DNA of 64,000 nt from a bacterium (GTDB lineage Bacteria > Patescibacteriota > Microgenomatia > JAMCZE01). The translations under genes and the position numbers were made by a program. Position 1 is the stretch's first letter. The number at the start of each line of letters is the position of its first letter. Of this stretch, positions 37,710-46,729 are shown one piece after another. The notes beneath the pieces are model-generated. The model was not told the DNA's origin. It did no database searches and saw only the letters and a program-made list of their open reading frames with translations. Where the stretch lies: positions 71,484 through 135,483 of the forward strand of contig JAKBJL010000002.1 in the NCBI GenBank assembly GCA_021836035.1, written 5' to 3'.

Positions 37710-39953
37710 CTACCAGCCCATATTATATTCTACTTTATGTTTCCCCGCGGGCACGATTAAACCGCGGAAATTATAATCGCTTAAATATATTTTGCTCTCT
37801 TTACCGTCAATCATTGCCTGCCAGCCGGGATAAAAACTATCTGTTAAAATAAGAAATGACTCGCCCGGACTCTGCGTAAATATTTCTATCCTGTTTGCGG
37901 AATAATAGCTGATCTCAGCGCGTCCGGCGGTAAATTCCCCCGCCGGCACCGCTTCTTCGATAACCGCGGTGTTTCTTAAATCAACGGTGAACATCTTTTC
38001 CAATACCGCCTGTTTTGAGCCGGCAGTTACGACACTACCGACCATGAATGCCCGGGGAAAGGCCCCGCTATCCTCATAAACTTTTGTATTTCCCTCAGAC
38101 ATTACCTCTTTTAGGTTTATATCGGACAGGGGCCCCAAAGATAAAAGATACCTGACGCCCAGAAGTTTGAGGAACGGGCTCCGATAATTTTTGGGAACTA
38201 TTATGCGGTTAAAGCCCCAGGGAGTATGGATATCGGCCCTGTTTCTTTCTGAAGCTGCCATCAGTTCTCCGTATCTTTTAAGATACAGCGGGTCGTAACC
38301 TCCGGGCATACTCAAGCCGTAAACAGAATTAAAATTAGGCGGAAAGATACGGTCATCAAGGGCTAATATTCTGCTATGATCACTTCCCGTATGCGTTTGC
38401 AGATATCGGGTAATTATAGTATCCGGATATAAGTAAGACCTGTCTGTGAACGGCGTATATTTAGTCCCAAACCTCAGTAAATCGAGCAATAAAATAAATA
38501 TCAAGCCGTACTTGGCAATTTGAGAAAGCAAACGGTTACGAACCGCAAACATGACGACCAACAGGCATAAAAATACGGAAAACGCGAAAAATAAGGCGGG
38601 GAAATAAAGATTTCTTTCGCTAATTAAAAAGTTTCCCGTCCGGTGGTTCAACACCCAAATCCACAGCGCGAGGATGGCCGTGCCCGGAATCGCCAGGGGG
38701 ACAAGGATCATTTTTAAGCGTTTTTTTAAGGTAAATTCGTGTCCTAAAAAATAATCTAACCCCAGCGATGCCAAAACGGCCAAGCTAAAGTCGACAATCA
38801 TGATAATTCTGGAAGGCTGGGCGGTAGAAATAAAAGGCAGGTTTAGCATATAGGGAAGTTTCGCCGGCAGTGTAGGAAGGGCCAGCAATAAAGCCGATAG
38901 ACCAACAACAGTATAATAAAATGTTTTGCGGTCCCGGCGAAAGATTACGGCGAAGATAGCAAAAACCAAAGGAAGCAAGCCGATATAGCCGACAAACTCC
39001 TGGTAATTCCAAACCCCAAAATAATTTAAAGTGGCTGGATTACCAAAGAAATCCGGGGCTACAAACTGAATTAAATTCTGCCATGGTAGAAACCAGTCGG
39101 GCCGCTGCCAATTAGCCTGATCGATATTGCGCGCTGATTGCAGGATAAATTGCAGGGTTGGTATCCATTGGACAGCGGTCAAAAATAAAAAGACCACGAA
39201 ACAAATAGCCAGGAGGGGAATTTTTCTCAGGCTCCCGGTAATCCGGACTTTGGCCAGTATATACAGAAAAGTAAAGGTAATGACATAAAAAGCGGGCTGT
39301 AAATAACCCGCCAATAAACTGGCCGACAAGGCAAAGACCAGTATTGCCGCCCACCTAAGGCTTTTCCCCCCCGCCATGATTTTATCGACAGTAAGGAGTA
39401 TCAGCGGAAGCCATAGGTATGCCTGCACCGTAGTATTCCAAACCAGCCAGGCAATAAAAAAACCGCTCCCGATAAAAACCAGGGAACCGAAAGAGGCGGA
39501 AAAGGGAGTAACACGCTGCTGGCGCAGATATAAATACATAAACACGCCTCCCATTAACATTTGTAAAAGAACCTGCCAACTCCAGGCGTCGGCAAATCTT
39601 AAAAATACATATAAAATATTTAGGGGGTAAAACGGGGCTGCCTGCATATTAGCCAGAAGCGGGGTTCCGGAGAAATTGTAAGGGTTCCAAAGCGGCAATT
39701 GCCCTTTTTTAAGGCTGTCCCAAGCAAGCAGCCGCCAGGGATACTGTTGTCTGACCGCATCGGTAATCTGAAAATTTTTAAACGGAACTCCGTTGGGAAA
39801 TTCACTCTGCCGGGAATCAATCCAGGGGTGATACATTCCCATAATTGTATCCGCGGGAATGGGTAACCTGCCCCGTAGGATAAACGGGGAGAAAAATAAC
39901 AGGATGAATAAGATCACAATACCAAAAGGGAAATTACGCTTAAACGTCTTCAT
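37710..39953 (-). CDS. YfhO-family GT-C membrane glycosyltransferase, paralog Y1
   Basis: The protein is 747 aa with about 12-14 helices. The N-terminal ...MGMYHPWIDSRQSEFPNGVPFK...LWNPYNFSGTPLLANMQAAPFYP and the C-terminal ...FYPGWQAMIDGKESKIYLSDYNFRGLIVPAGKHKVEYNMGW match what I recall of the YfhO signature. Confidence 0.6.
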   Translation of the reverse strand: MKTFKRNFPFGIVILFILLFFSPFILRGRLPIPADTIMGMYHPWIDSRQSEFPNGVPFKNFQITDAVRQQYPWRLLAWDSLKKGQLPLWNPYNFSGTPLLANMQAAPFYPLNILYVFLRFADAWSWQVLLQMLMGGVFMYLYLRQQRVTPFSASFGSLVFIGSGFFIAWLVWNTTVQAYLWLPLILLTVDKIMAGGKSLRWAAILVFALSASLLAGYLQPAFYVITFTFLYILAKVRITGSLRKIPLLAICFVVFLFLTAVQWIPTLQFILQSARNIDQANWQRPDWFLPWQNLIQFVAPDFFGNPATLNYFGVWNYQEFVGYIGLLPLVFAIFAVIFRRDRKTFYYTVVGLSALLLALPTLPAKLPYMLNLPFISTAQPSRIIMIVDFSLAVLASLGLDYFLGHEFTLKKRLKMILVPLAIPGTAILALWIWVLNHRTGNFLISERNLYFPALFFAFSVFLCLLVVMFAVRNRLLSQIAKYGLIFILLLDLLRFGTKYTPFTDRSYLYPDTIITRYLQTHTGSDHSRILALDDRIFPPNFNSVYGLSMPGGYDPLYLKRYGELMAASERNRADIHTPWGFNRIIVPKNYRSPFLKLLGVRYLLSLGPLSDINLKEVMSEGNTKVYEDSGAFPRAFMVGSVVTAGSKQAVLEKMFTVDLRNTAVIEEAVPAGEFTAGRAEISYYSANRIEIFTQSPGESFLILTDSFYPGWQAMIDGKESKIYLSDYNFRGLIVPAGKHKVEYNMGW

Positions 39954-41011
39954 AGCGCAAGCAGTTTCTCCAATTCCCCGAAGAATTTCTCTTTGCTAAA
40001 ATACCCGCTCCTTATGACTGCGCCTGAGGATAACTGCTGCCACAAATCGAAATCTTTAATAAGATTAAGGGTCTTCTCTTTTAATTCTTCCGGGGTTTTC
40101 CAAAGAAAACCGGACTTGCCGTCTTCAATTATTTCCAGTTGCCCCCCGCCGGCAAAACTTAAGGGAACACACCCGGCCGCCATGGCTTCCACAGTAGCGA
40201 TACCGAAATGTTCGGCTTTATCGGGGTATTTCTCCAAGTTCTCTCCATATCCTGCAGCGTGCCAGAATATTTTGGCTTTACTATAATATTCCTGTAAAAC
40301 CGGAAAAGCGCTATCGGCGATAATTTTTATAGGAAAGCCCGTGCTTTTTTTGCGGAGCCGGTCGATTTCCTTACGCGACCCCGCAGTAATCCCCCCGATA
40401 AGCACCAGCCGCCAGCCACGCAGTTTATTTTTATATAAATCCACAAATTCCCTAATCAGTATTTCCTGTTTTTTAGGATTTGCGGGGGCAAAAAACCGCC
40501 CGACAGCAAGAATGATATTTTCCTTAACCCCCGGCCGGAAAGACTCTACATCCACCGGCGGATAAATTACCCGGCTTTGTACATGGTAGCTTTCGTCAAT
40601 ATATTTCTTGGTAAAATAAGAATTACAAATCACCGTATTTATACGGCGCAGTTTTAGCCAATCCAGGATATTTACTCCCTTAGCGGGGATCGGCATCTGG
40701 AAATGAAGTATATTTTTGGCAGCGAAACTTAAGGGGATACTGCCGTCCGAGAGGAACAAAATCAGATCATATGGTCGGGTCCGGGATATCTTCTCACGGT
40801 AATTTCCCCTTTGAGCAAATACATTTTTAACGAATTTTAAACCCGTCAGGTCAAGATTAAAACGATCTTTGATTTGGGAAGTGCTTGCTTCCCCCTCCCC
40901 GAAAATATCTACTTCATCACCGCGGCGTAAAAAGAATTCCGCCGCCGTAAGCATGTACCTTTCGCCTCCCCCCATGGTGGCAACATAAGGAGTGAACAGC
41001 CCGACTTTCAT
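39950..41011 (-). CDS. Glycosyltransferase family 4
   Basis: MKVGLFTPYVATMGGGERYMLTAAEFF... at the N-terminus and ...KAEHFGIATVEAMAAGCVPLSFAGGGQLEII at the C-terminus. Confidence 0.8.
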   Translation of the reverse strand: MKVGLFTPYVATMGGGERYMLTAAEFFLRRGDEVDIFGEGEASTSQIKDRFNLDLTGLKFVKNVFAQRGNYREKISRTRPYDLILFLSDGSIPLSFAAKNILHFQMPIPAKGVNILDWLKLRRINTVICNSYFTKKYIDESYHVQSRVIYPPVDVESFRPGVKENIILAVGRFFAPANPKKQEILIREFVDLYKNKLRGWRLVLIGGITAGSRKEIDRLRKKSTGFPIKIIADSAFPVLQEYYSKAKIFWHAAGYGENLEKYPDKAEHFGIATVEAMAAGCVPLSFAGGGQLEIIEDGKSGFLWKTPEELKEKTLNLIKDFDLWQQLSSGAVIRSGYFSKEKFFGELEKLLAL

Positions 41012-41811
41012 ATTTCCGCCGCCAAGATTTTTTTATCAATATTTCTGTAAGTTTCCGCCAGCGGCTCTTTCCTTTGCAGCTCCCAGAGACGCACATAGAC
41101 GATAAAAAAGGAAAAAACCTGGAAAAGGCCGTCAAGCCATCCCTCGGTACCCTGTCGCCAGGCTTGGTATTTGATAAATCTTTGCCAAAATTCCGTAGCC
41201 ATTATCCGTAACAACCGCCACCAGGAAACGGGCGGATGGTTATTAGCAAAGCGCAATTTGGCTTCGTGATCGGAAAAATTAATGGTTTTAGCCATCATGG
41301 TATAAATATCCCGGTGCGTGAGATGATAAAGCGGCTTATAAAGCTCGCCTATCGGGCCATCCACCCGGGAAGTTTCATGTATCTCGCCGCTCCATCCTTT
41401 GAGCTTATCCTTTTTAAAGAGCCTGGTAAGATAATCCGGGTAACGGTCGCCGTAGCGCACTTCTTTTCCCAGGAAAAAATTTACCCGACGTAACTTATAA
41501 GCACAATATTGGGGGTTCTTCAATTCCTTTTGCATTTCCTCCCGCAACGTAGCTGATACCCGCTCGTCAGCGTCCAGATACAAAAGCCAGTCTCCCCCGG
41601 CTTTTTCTTTTCCCAGGTTATGGCGCTGGGAAAAATCAGTTGAGCTGCTGGGGTAAATTTTGTCGGTATATTTTCGCACGATGTTAAGAGTATCCGCATC
41701 TGCGCCGTTATCAATAACGATAATCTCGTTGGCCCATTTTACCGACTCGAGGGCTGCGGAAATATATTCCTTTTCTTCCGGCCAAAAAGTAAATAAAATT
41801 ACGGTTAACAT
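41008..41811 (-). CDS. Glycosyltransferase family 2, WaaE/KdtX-like (paralog 2 of 3)
   Basis: MLTVILFTFWPEEKEYISAALESVKWANEIIVIDNGADADT...WLLYLDADERVS.... Confidence 0.7.
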   Translation of the reverse strand: MLTVILFTFWPEEKEYISAALESVKWANEIIVIDNGADADTLNIVRKYTDKIYPSSSTDFSQRHNLGKEKAGGDWLLYLDADERVSATLREEMQKELKNPQYCAYKLRRVNFFLGKEVRYGDRYPDYLTRLFKKDKLKGWSGEIHETSRVDGPIGELYKPLYHLTHRDIYTMMAKTINFSDHEAKLRFANNHPPVSWWRLLRIMATEFWQRFIKYQAWRQGTEGWLDGLFQVFSFFIVYVRLWELQRKEPLAETYRNIDKKILAAEI

Positions 41812-43535
41812 TAATTTTCCCTCTCAAAAACCAGAGCGCTTTCGTTCTCAAAAACGATTTTAAACCTTCCGGCTTCTACCATTTTAGCAAAATCGATCGC
41901 TTCGGGCCTCAGGAAGAACAGATAATCATAATTTGCCGACGGCGGAGTAACCGCCCCTACTTGTTGGTTAAAATCCTCTCCGGCCCCGATAGTCCGGCGT
42001 TCGGCAAGAGAGCTAAACCATAGATACCTTCTGTTGAAATCATTCGGGGGTAAATAAAATACTGCCGACGGGGGGGTCTTAGTTTTAACATAATCCACGG
42101 CCGCTAAGACCTTCCGGGGGATGACAATCGGTTCACGGTTGGGTTGCCATCTCGAGGATAATTCTTCCCGATCAGACCATAAGACAAATATTACTAAAAG
42201 TCCCAGCAGCAGAGCTTTGCTTTTCCCGGTCCCTACAGAAATAATTTTAAACACGGCCACCGTGAACATAATCCCCATAAGGGTCGTAAAATAGGGCGTA
42301 AACTGAACCACGTCATAGGCTTTTTTCATCTGGTTAAAAAACAAAGGGATTAGCAAAGAAATGAAACCGGCACATAAAAGAAACGCTTCCGCAGCGGTAA
42401 TCTTGGTAGTTTTTTTAAGGATCGCCACCAGAGATATGATTCCCATGAGCCTTATCCCCAAACTACCTACCAGATAAAAAAGGAGAGCGTAGCTATATAA
42501 AATAATTAAGCGCCAATAGCTGTGGATCAGAAGATATTGATCCCGGGCAATTAAAAATCGGGGCGTATTCAACCGGTCAAGATCAATCATCATTTTATCC
42601 AGGAGCCAAAAGGGTGCGAATTGTAAACCGGCTACTCCCCTGTCTATCGTGAGGAAAAACCATATCCCCATAACTATCCCTCCAAAAATCCCGAACCAGA
42701 GGATTTTTTGATCCCTGCGGAAAATTAATTGCCAGACCCCGGCCAATAATACTGCCGGCAGCATAACAATCCCCCCATAGGCTTTTATGCCGAAGGATAA
42801 TCCCAGAAGCAGCGCCATTAAGACCAAATTGCCTACTCTTCCGGTTTCCTGGTATTTGCTCAACAGGAGAAAAATAACCAGAAACAGTATTAATCCCACC
42901 AGGGCCTGGGGATTAACCATCATTCCCAATAACTGATCGGTCATAAAAAGATTGCTGGCTGAGTGATTGGGGTGCAAACCGAAGCGGTACCAAAATGACG
43001 GATCCAGGGTTCCGAAACCGGTTCCGAAGATGGTAAAAAATATCGCCGTCGCGGCACAAAGCGTGTTCCCCGTCAGCCTTTTAGTCGTAAAATAAACGGC
43101 TGCCGCCAGGCTAACGGATATAACCGCCGGAATAATCCGAAAATATAAGTCCAGCACGGAAAAGGGGGAAACCTTGCTTATTAAAGCCACCCCGGCGTCA
43201 AAGAGATAGTGGTAATTTTTAAGAGGTGTCGTTCCGCCAGCGGCAAAGTTGGTCGGCGGAAAACGGTGCCGCATTTCCGCAATTAAAGACAGATGAACGT
43301 TGCTGTCGTGGAAAAGGACATAACCGTTGAACAGCAAATTTCCTTCTTGGTCTCTTAATCCGCTTCTGGCTATCTCAGAGCCCTGGGCCCAAACCGACAG
43401 CAAGGTAAAAAGGACGGCGATAATAAAAACCATGATTGGCTTGGGACGAGAAGGAAATTTAAAAGCCGATCTTTTGGGAGACGACATAATAGGGGCGGTG
43501 TTTGACTTCATCATAAATTCTGCCGATATATTCAC
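41811..43535 (-). CDS. Polytopic membrane protein, putative GT-C (GtrC-like partner of adjacent GtrB-like GT2)
   Basis: The ORF is 574 aa with more than 10 helices and a ...FHDSNVHLSLIAEMRHRFPPTNFAAGG... loop. The true start is probably an internal Met (for example 43433), because the annotated 5' end overlaps the upstream GT2 by 77 nt. Confidence 0.4.
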   Translation of the reverse strand: MNISAEFMMKSNTAPIMSSPKRSAFKFPSRPKPIMVFIIAVLFTLLSVWAQGSEIARSGLRDQEGNLLFNGYVLFHDSNVHLSLIAEMRHRFPPTNFAAGGTTPLKNYHYLFDAGVALISKVSPFSVLDLYFRIIPAVISVSLAAAVYFTTKRLTGNTLCAATAIFFTIFGTGFGTLDPSFWYRFGLHPNHSASNLFMTDQLLGMMVNPQALVGLILFLVIFLLLSKYQETGRVGNLVLMALLLGLSFGIKAYGGIVMLPAVLLAGVWQLIFRRDQKILWFGIFGGIVMGIWFFLTIDRGVAGLQFAPFWLLDKMMIDLDRLNTPRFLIARDQYLLIHSYWRLIILYSYALLFYLVGSLGIRLMGIISLVAILKKTTKITAAEAFLLCAGFISLLIPLFFNQMKKAYDVVQFTPYFTTLMGIMFTVAVFKIISVGTGKSKALLLGLLVIFVLWSDREELSSRWQPNREPIVIPRKVLAAVDYVKTKTPPSAVFYLPPNDFNRRYLWFSSLAERRTIGAGEDFNQQVGAVTPPSANYDYLFFLRPEAIDFAKMVEAGRFKIVFENESALVFEREN

Positions 43536-44388
43536 CGATTATTCCCAAGATAATCAATTGGCCACCCCCGACAATCAAAATGGAAAGCATGGGTCCGGAC
43601 CAACCCAAAATAGCGGTATGGCTGATAAACTTCTGATAGAAAACATCCAGAATTCCGGCTATAGCCCCCAGGGAAATAAGTAAGCCGAAGATAGTCGCCG
43701 CCCGCAGCGGTACGTAAGAAAAAGAAAACAGGGCATCAAACCCCATAGCAAGCAATTTCCGAAAGGTCTGCGGCGGTTTACCGGCAAACCGCTCCTGTTT
43801 CTCATAAACCAATTCCGTCTGGCGAAAACCGACCCATGCCCGCAGCCCCGCAACATAGCGGTTGCGCTCGGAGAGGGATACTAATATGTCCACCACGGGG
43901 CGGCGCATTACGGAAAAGGCTCCCACATTGGCGGGCATTTTGTATGAAGCCAGTCTGTCCATTAACAGATAGAAGGAACGGAAAAGGAACATTCTTAAGA
44001 GCGGGTCCCTGCGTTTATCATGGGTAGCCAAAACTACATCATAACCTTCGTTCAGTTTGGCAAGCAAGTTGGGAATAAACTCCGGAGCATCCTGAAGATC
44101 TCCGTCCATTAAAACCACTGTTTCTCCGCTGGTATTGTCCAGCGCCGCCGTAACCGCGGCTTCGTGACCGAAATTCCGGGAAAGAGAAACCACCCTGACA
44201 TTTTTGTCTCGTTCATGAATACTTTCCAGTTTAGCCAGCGTTGTATCCCGGCTGCCATCATCTACCGCTACGATTTCATAGCTTTTGCCCAAATCCTTAA
44301 GCACGACACTTACGCGGCGGTAAAACTCCTCCACGTTCTGTTCCTCATTATAAAAAGGCACCGCCACCGACAAGCTTAAATTGTTCAT
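43459..44388 (-). CDS. GT2 polyprenyl-phosphate glycosyltransferase, GtrB/ArnC type with C-terminal TM helices
   Basis: SVAVPFYNEEQNVEEF...IVAVDDGSRDTT...VVLMDGDLQDAPEFIP... matches the GtrB pattern. Two C-terminal hydrophobic helices (ATIFGLLISLGAIAGIL, LSILIVGGGQLIILGIIGEYI) are typical of bactoprenol-phosphate glucosyltransferases. Confidence 0.8.
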   Translation of the reverse strand: MNNLSLSVAVPFYNEEQNVEEFYRRVSVVLKDLGKSYEIVAVDDGSRDTTLAKLESIHERDKNVRVVSLSRNFGHEAAVTAALDNTSGETVVLMDGDLQDAPEFIPNLLAKLNEGYDVVLATHDKRRDPLLRMFLFRSFYLLMDRLASYKMPANVGAFSVMRRPVVDILVSLSERNRYVAGLRAWVGFRQTELVYEKQERFAGKPPQTFRKLLAMGFDALFSFSYVPLRAATIFGLLISLGAIAGILDVFYQKFISHTAILGWSGPMLSILIVGGGQLIILGIIGEYIGRIYDEVKHRPYYVVSQKIGF

Positions 44389-45281
44389 AAAAGCGGCAGT
44401 TTATTTCTTAATTTATAGTACAACTTTTTTAGGGGATTCGTGCTTTTAACCATTAGCCAGTAACGGAAGTCATGGGCGGTCTTTTTCGCCTCTATGGTAA
44501 TCTGGTCCATAAAATCGCCGCTATCGTAGGCGGTAAACCCCTGCATTTCCCATAGCTTAGCAAAAACAATTAAACGATTGGATGCTTGTAATAAAGAAAG
44601 AACCAAGCCATGCAGACCGTCTAAATAACCCTCCCAAAAGAAAAAACGCTTGAAGAACTCATCGGTGGGAAATTTAATAGCGTCCGACCAGACAACCCTT
44701 TCTCCCTTTTCCTTTAAATAGCGGGCATCATCCGTAGTATAGCGGTTCAGGCGGTCTACATACTGGAAGACGGAACTATAATGATTATGAACCAGGTCGC
44801 TTTTCAGGACTCCCGGATTCCCGACTATTTCTATCTGCTCATGAACCGATTTACAGGGATATTTACCCTTCCCCTTTTTAAACAATTTTATCTGGTAATC
44901 GGGGTACCATCCGGAATGTTCTATCCATTTACCGAAAATGTAATTTTTCCGGGGAATCTGATATCCGAAAGATTGCCCGTTACCGCTTATCACCTTCCTG
45001 ATTTCCTGCTCCAGATCCGCCGTAACCACTTCGTCCGCGTCCAGCTGTAAAATCCATTCCCCGCTACAGGCATCAACCGCTTTCTGCTTCGTCCGGTGGA
45101 ACATTTCCTGATGTTCCGTAATAAACACCTTATCGGTAAATTTTTTGGCGATAGCTACAGTTCCGTCCGAAGAGTTTTCGTCAAACAGCACAACTTCATC
45201 CGCCCATTTGACTGATGCCAGGCAGTCGGCAATATTATTTTCTTCATTGCGGGCGGCAATCGCCACCGATAGTTTCTTCAT
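44385..45281 (-). CDS. Glycosyltransferase family 2, WaaE/KdtX-like (paralog 3 of 3)
   Basis: KLSVAIAARNEENNIADCLASVKWADEVVLFDENSSDGT...WILQLDADEVVTADL.... Confidence 0.7.
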   Translation of the reverse strand: MKKLSVAIAARNEENNIADCLASVKWADEVVLFDENSSDGTVAIAKKFTDKVFITEHQEMFHRTKQKAVDACSGEWILQLDADEVVTADLEQEIRKVISGNGQSFGYQIPRKNYIFGKWIEHSGWYPDYQIKLFKKGKGKYPCKSVHEQIEIVGNPGVLKSDLVHNHYSSVFQYVDRLNRYTTDDARYLKEKGERVVWSDAIKFPTDEFFKRFFFWEGYLDGLHGLVLSLLQASNRLIVFAKLWEMQGFTAYDSGDFMDQITIEAKKTAHDFRYWLMVKSTNPLKKLYYKLRNKLPLL

Positions 45282-46729
45282 TTCCGGTATGCCTGATAAA
45301 TCAGATTAAAATTCTCGCGTATTTTTCTTCCGTCCAGTAACCAAATCGCCGATAAGTAAATTATAGCACCGGTAAGGCCCGCCAAAATGAAAGTGAGGTA
45401 GGTAACCGGCAAAAAGCGCCATAATCCCCAAAGCACCGCAGCCATAATAAGGCTGGCCAGGGCAGGTTTAAGAACGTTCCCCAGAAAATTAAACGTGACC
45501 ACCCGTTTGACCAGATAGATAGTCAGAAATATGGTTAAACTGACTACCAGGGGGGCGACGGCTACCCCGTTATACCCGTAGAGGGAAACAAAAAAGATGG
45601 TAAGCGGCCAGATAAGCAATATCCATAAAACCATCAGCCCCAGGGTTTTGCGGACATTGCCGGTCGCGTCTAAAGCATTAACTAAAATCCCGGAAAGCGA
45701 GGAAACCGCCGCCCCGGCCAGAAAAAAATAAAATAGCGGCAAACCCGGAGCCCATTTCTGGTATTTGGGTAAAAGGAAAAGCAGCTTGTCAATCAATACC
45801 GCCATGAGCGTCAGAACCGGAAACATGATCAGGCTCACCCCATATAAAGAGCGTTCAATCCCCGATTGTAATTTTCCCGCCTGATCCTGGACCCGCGCAT
45901 AGGTCGGAAAAGTAACTTTGGTTACGCTGCTGACAATAAAATTAAAAGGGCTATATGCCCACCTTTGCCACCAGCCGACATAACCCAATCCGACGGTTCC
46001 TACGGCAGGCAAACCCGAGAGAAAAACTACCAAAAGATTATCCTTAATCAAAGCCAGGCCGTTTTTGGCTTGATACATAATTCCGAAAGATAATAACCGC
46101 CGGGCCCGGCCCCAAGACAAACCGAAAGACACTTTCCAGGGCGACAGCAAATAATAAAGAGGCAAGCCTGCCAGGGCGGAAATAAGGTAAGCCCAGGAGT
46201 ATGCGGCCACCTGAAACTTATTATAAGCCAAAATCACGACGATCACGCTGAAAACAAATTGCTCCACGAGAGACGGAATAATCTGGGTTTCAAAAGCGAT
46301 TTTCCTCTCCAGGAGTATTGAGGGAATAGATTTCAGGGAAGAAATGAATAAAACCAGGAGAAAGACATAGTAAAGATTAATGCCGTCAGTTCCCAGCCGC
46401 GCAAAGGAAGCAATAAAAGGAGTTAAAAGCCATCCCACGGCGATGACCAGGAAAACAAGAATTTCCTGGAGCGTAAAGACGGTCCGGAGATCATTTTCTT
46501 CCAGGTTTTCGTGTTTCTGCACCAGCGCGGCTCCCAAACCCAGATCAACGAAAAAATTAAAGAAGGGGTAAATGGCGGAGACGGCAACATAAGTACCGAA
46601 GGCCTGCTGGGACAAAAACAATCCCAGAGGAATAAGCGTCAGCATGGTAATGACCTGGTTGATCATCTGCCGGCTTGTCAGGGCGACAATACTCCGGATG
46701 GTTTTATTTTTTATTTCTTCTGATTCCAT
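45278..46729 (-). CDS. wzx: Wzx-type oligosaccharide/polysaccharide flippase (MOP superfamily)
   Basis: The protein is 483 aa with about 12-14 helices. The N-terminal ...RSIVALTSRQMINQVITMLTLIPLGLFLSQQAFGTYVAVSAIYPFFNFFVDLGLGAALVQ... matches the Polysacc_synt family pattern. Confidence 0.7.
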   Translation of the reverse strand: MESEEIKNKTIRSIVALTSRQMINQVITMLTLIPLGLFLSQQAFGTYVAVSAIYPFFNFFVDLGLGAALVQKHENLEENDLRTVFTLQEILVFLVIAVGWLLTPFIASFARLGTDGINLYYVFLLVLFISSLKSIPSILLERKIAFETQIIPSLVEQFVFSVIVVILAYNKFQVAAYSWAYLISALAGLPLYYLLSPWKVSFGLSWGRARRLLSFGIMYQAKNGLALIKDNLLVVFLSGLPAVGTVGLGYVGWWQRWAYSPFNFIVSSVTKVTFPTYARVQDQAGKLQSGIERSLYGVSLIMFPVLTLMAVLIDKLLFLLPKYQKWAPGLPLFYFFLAGAAVSSLSGILVNALDATGNVRKTLGLMVLWILLIWPLTIFFVSLYGYNGVAVAPLVVSLTIFLTIYLVKRVVTFNFLGNVLKPALASLIMAAVLWGLWRFLPVTYLTFILAGLTGAIIYLSAIWLLDGRKIRENFNLIYQAYRK

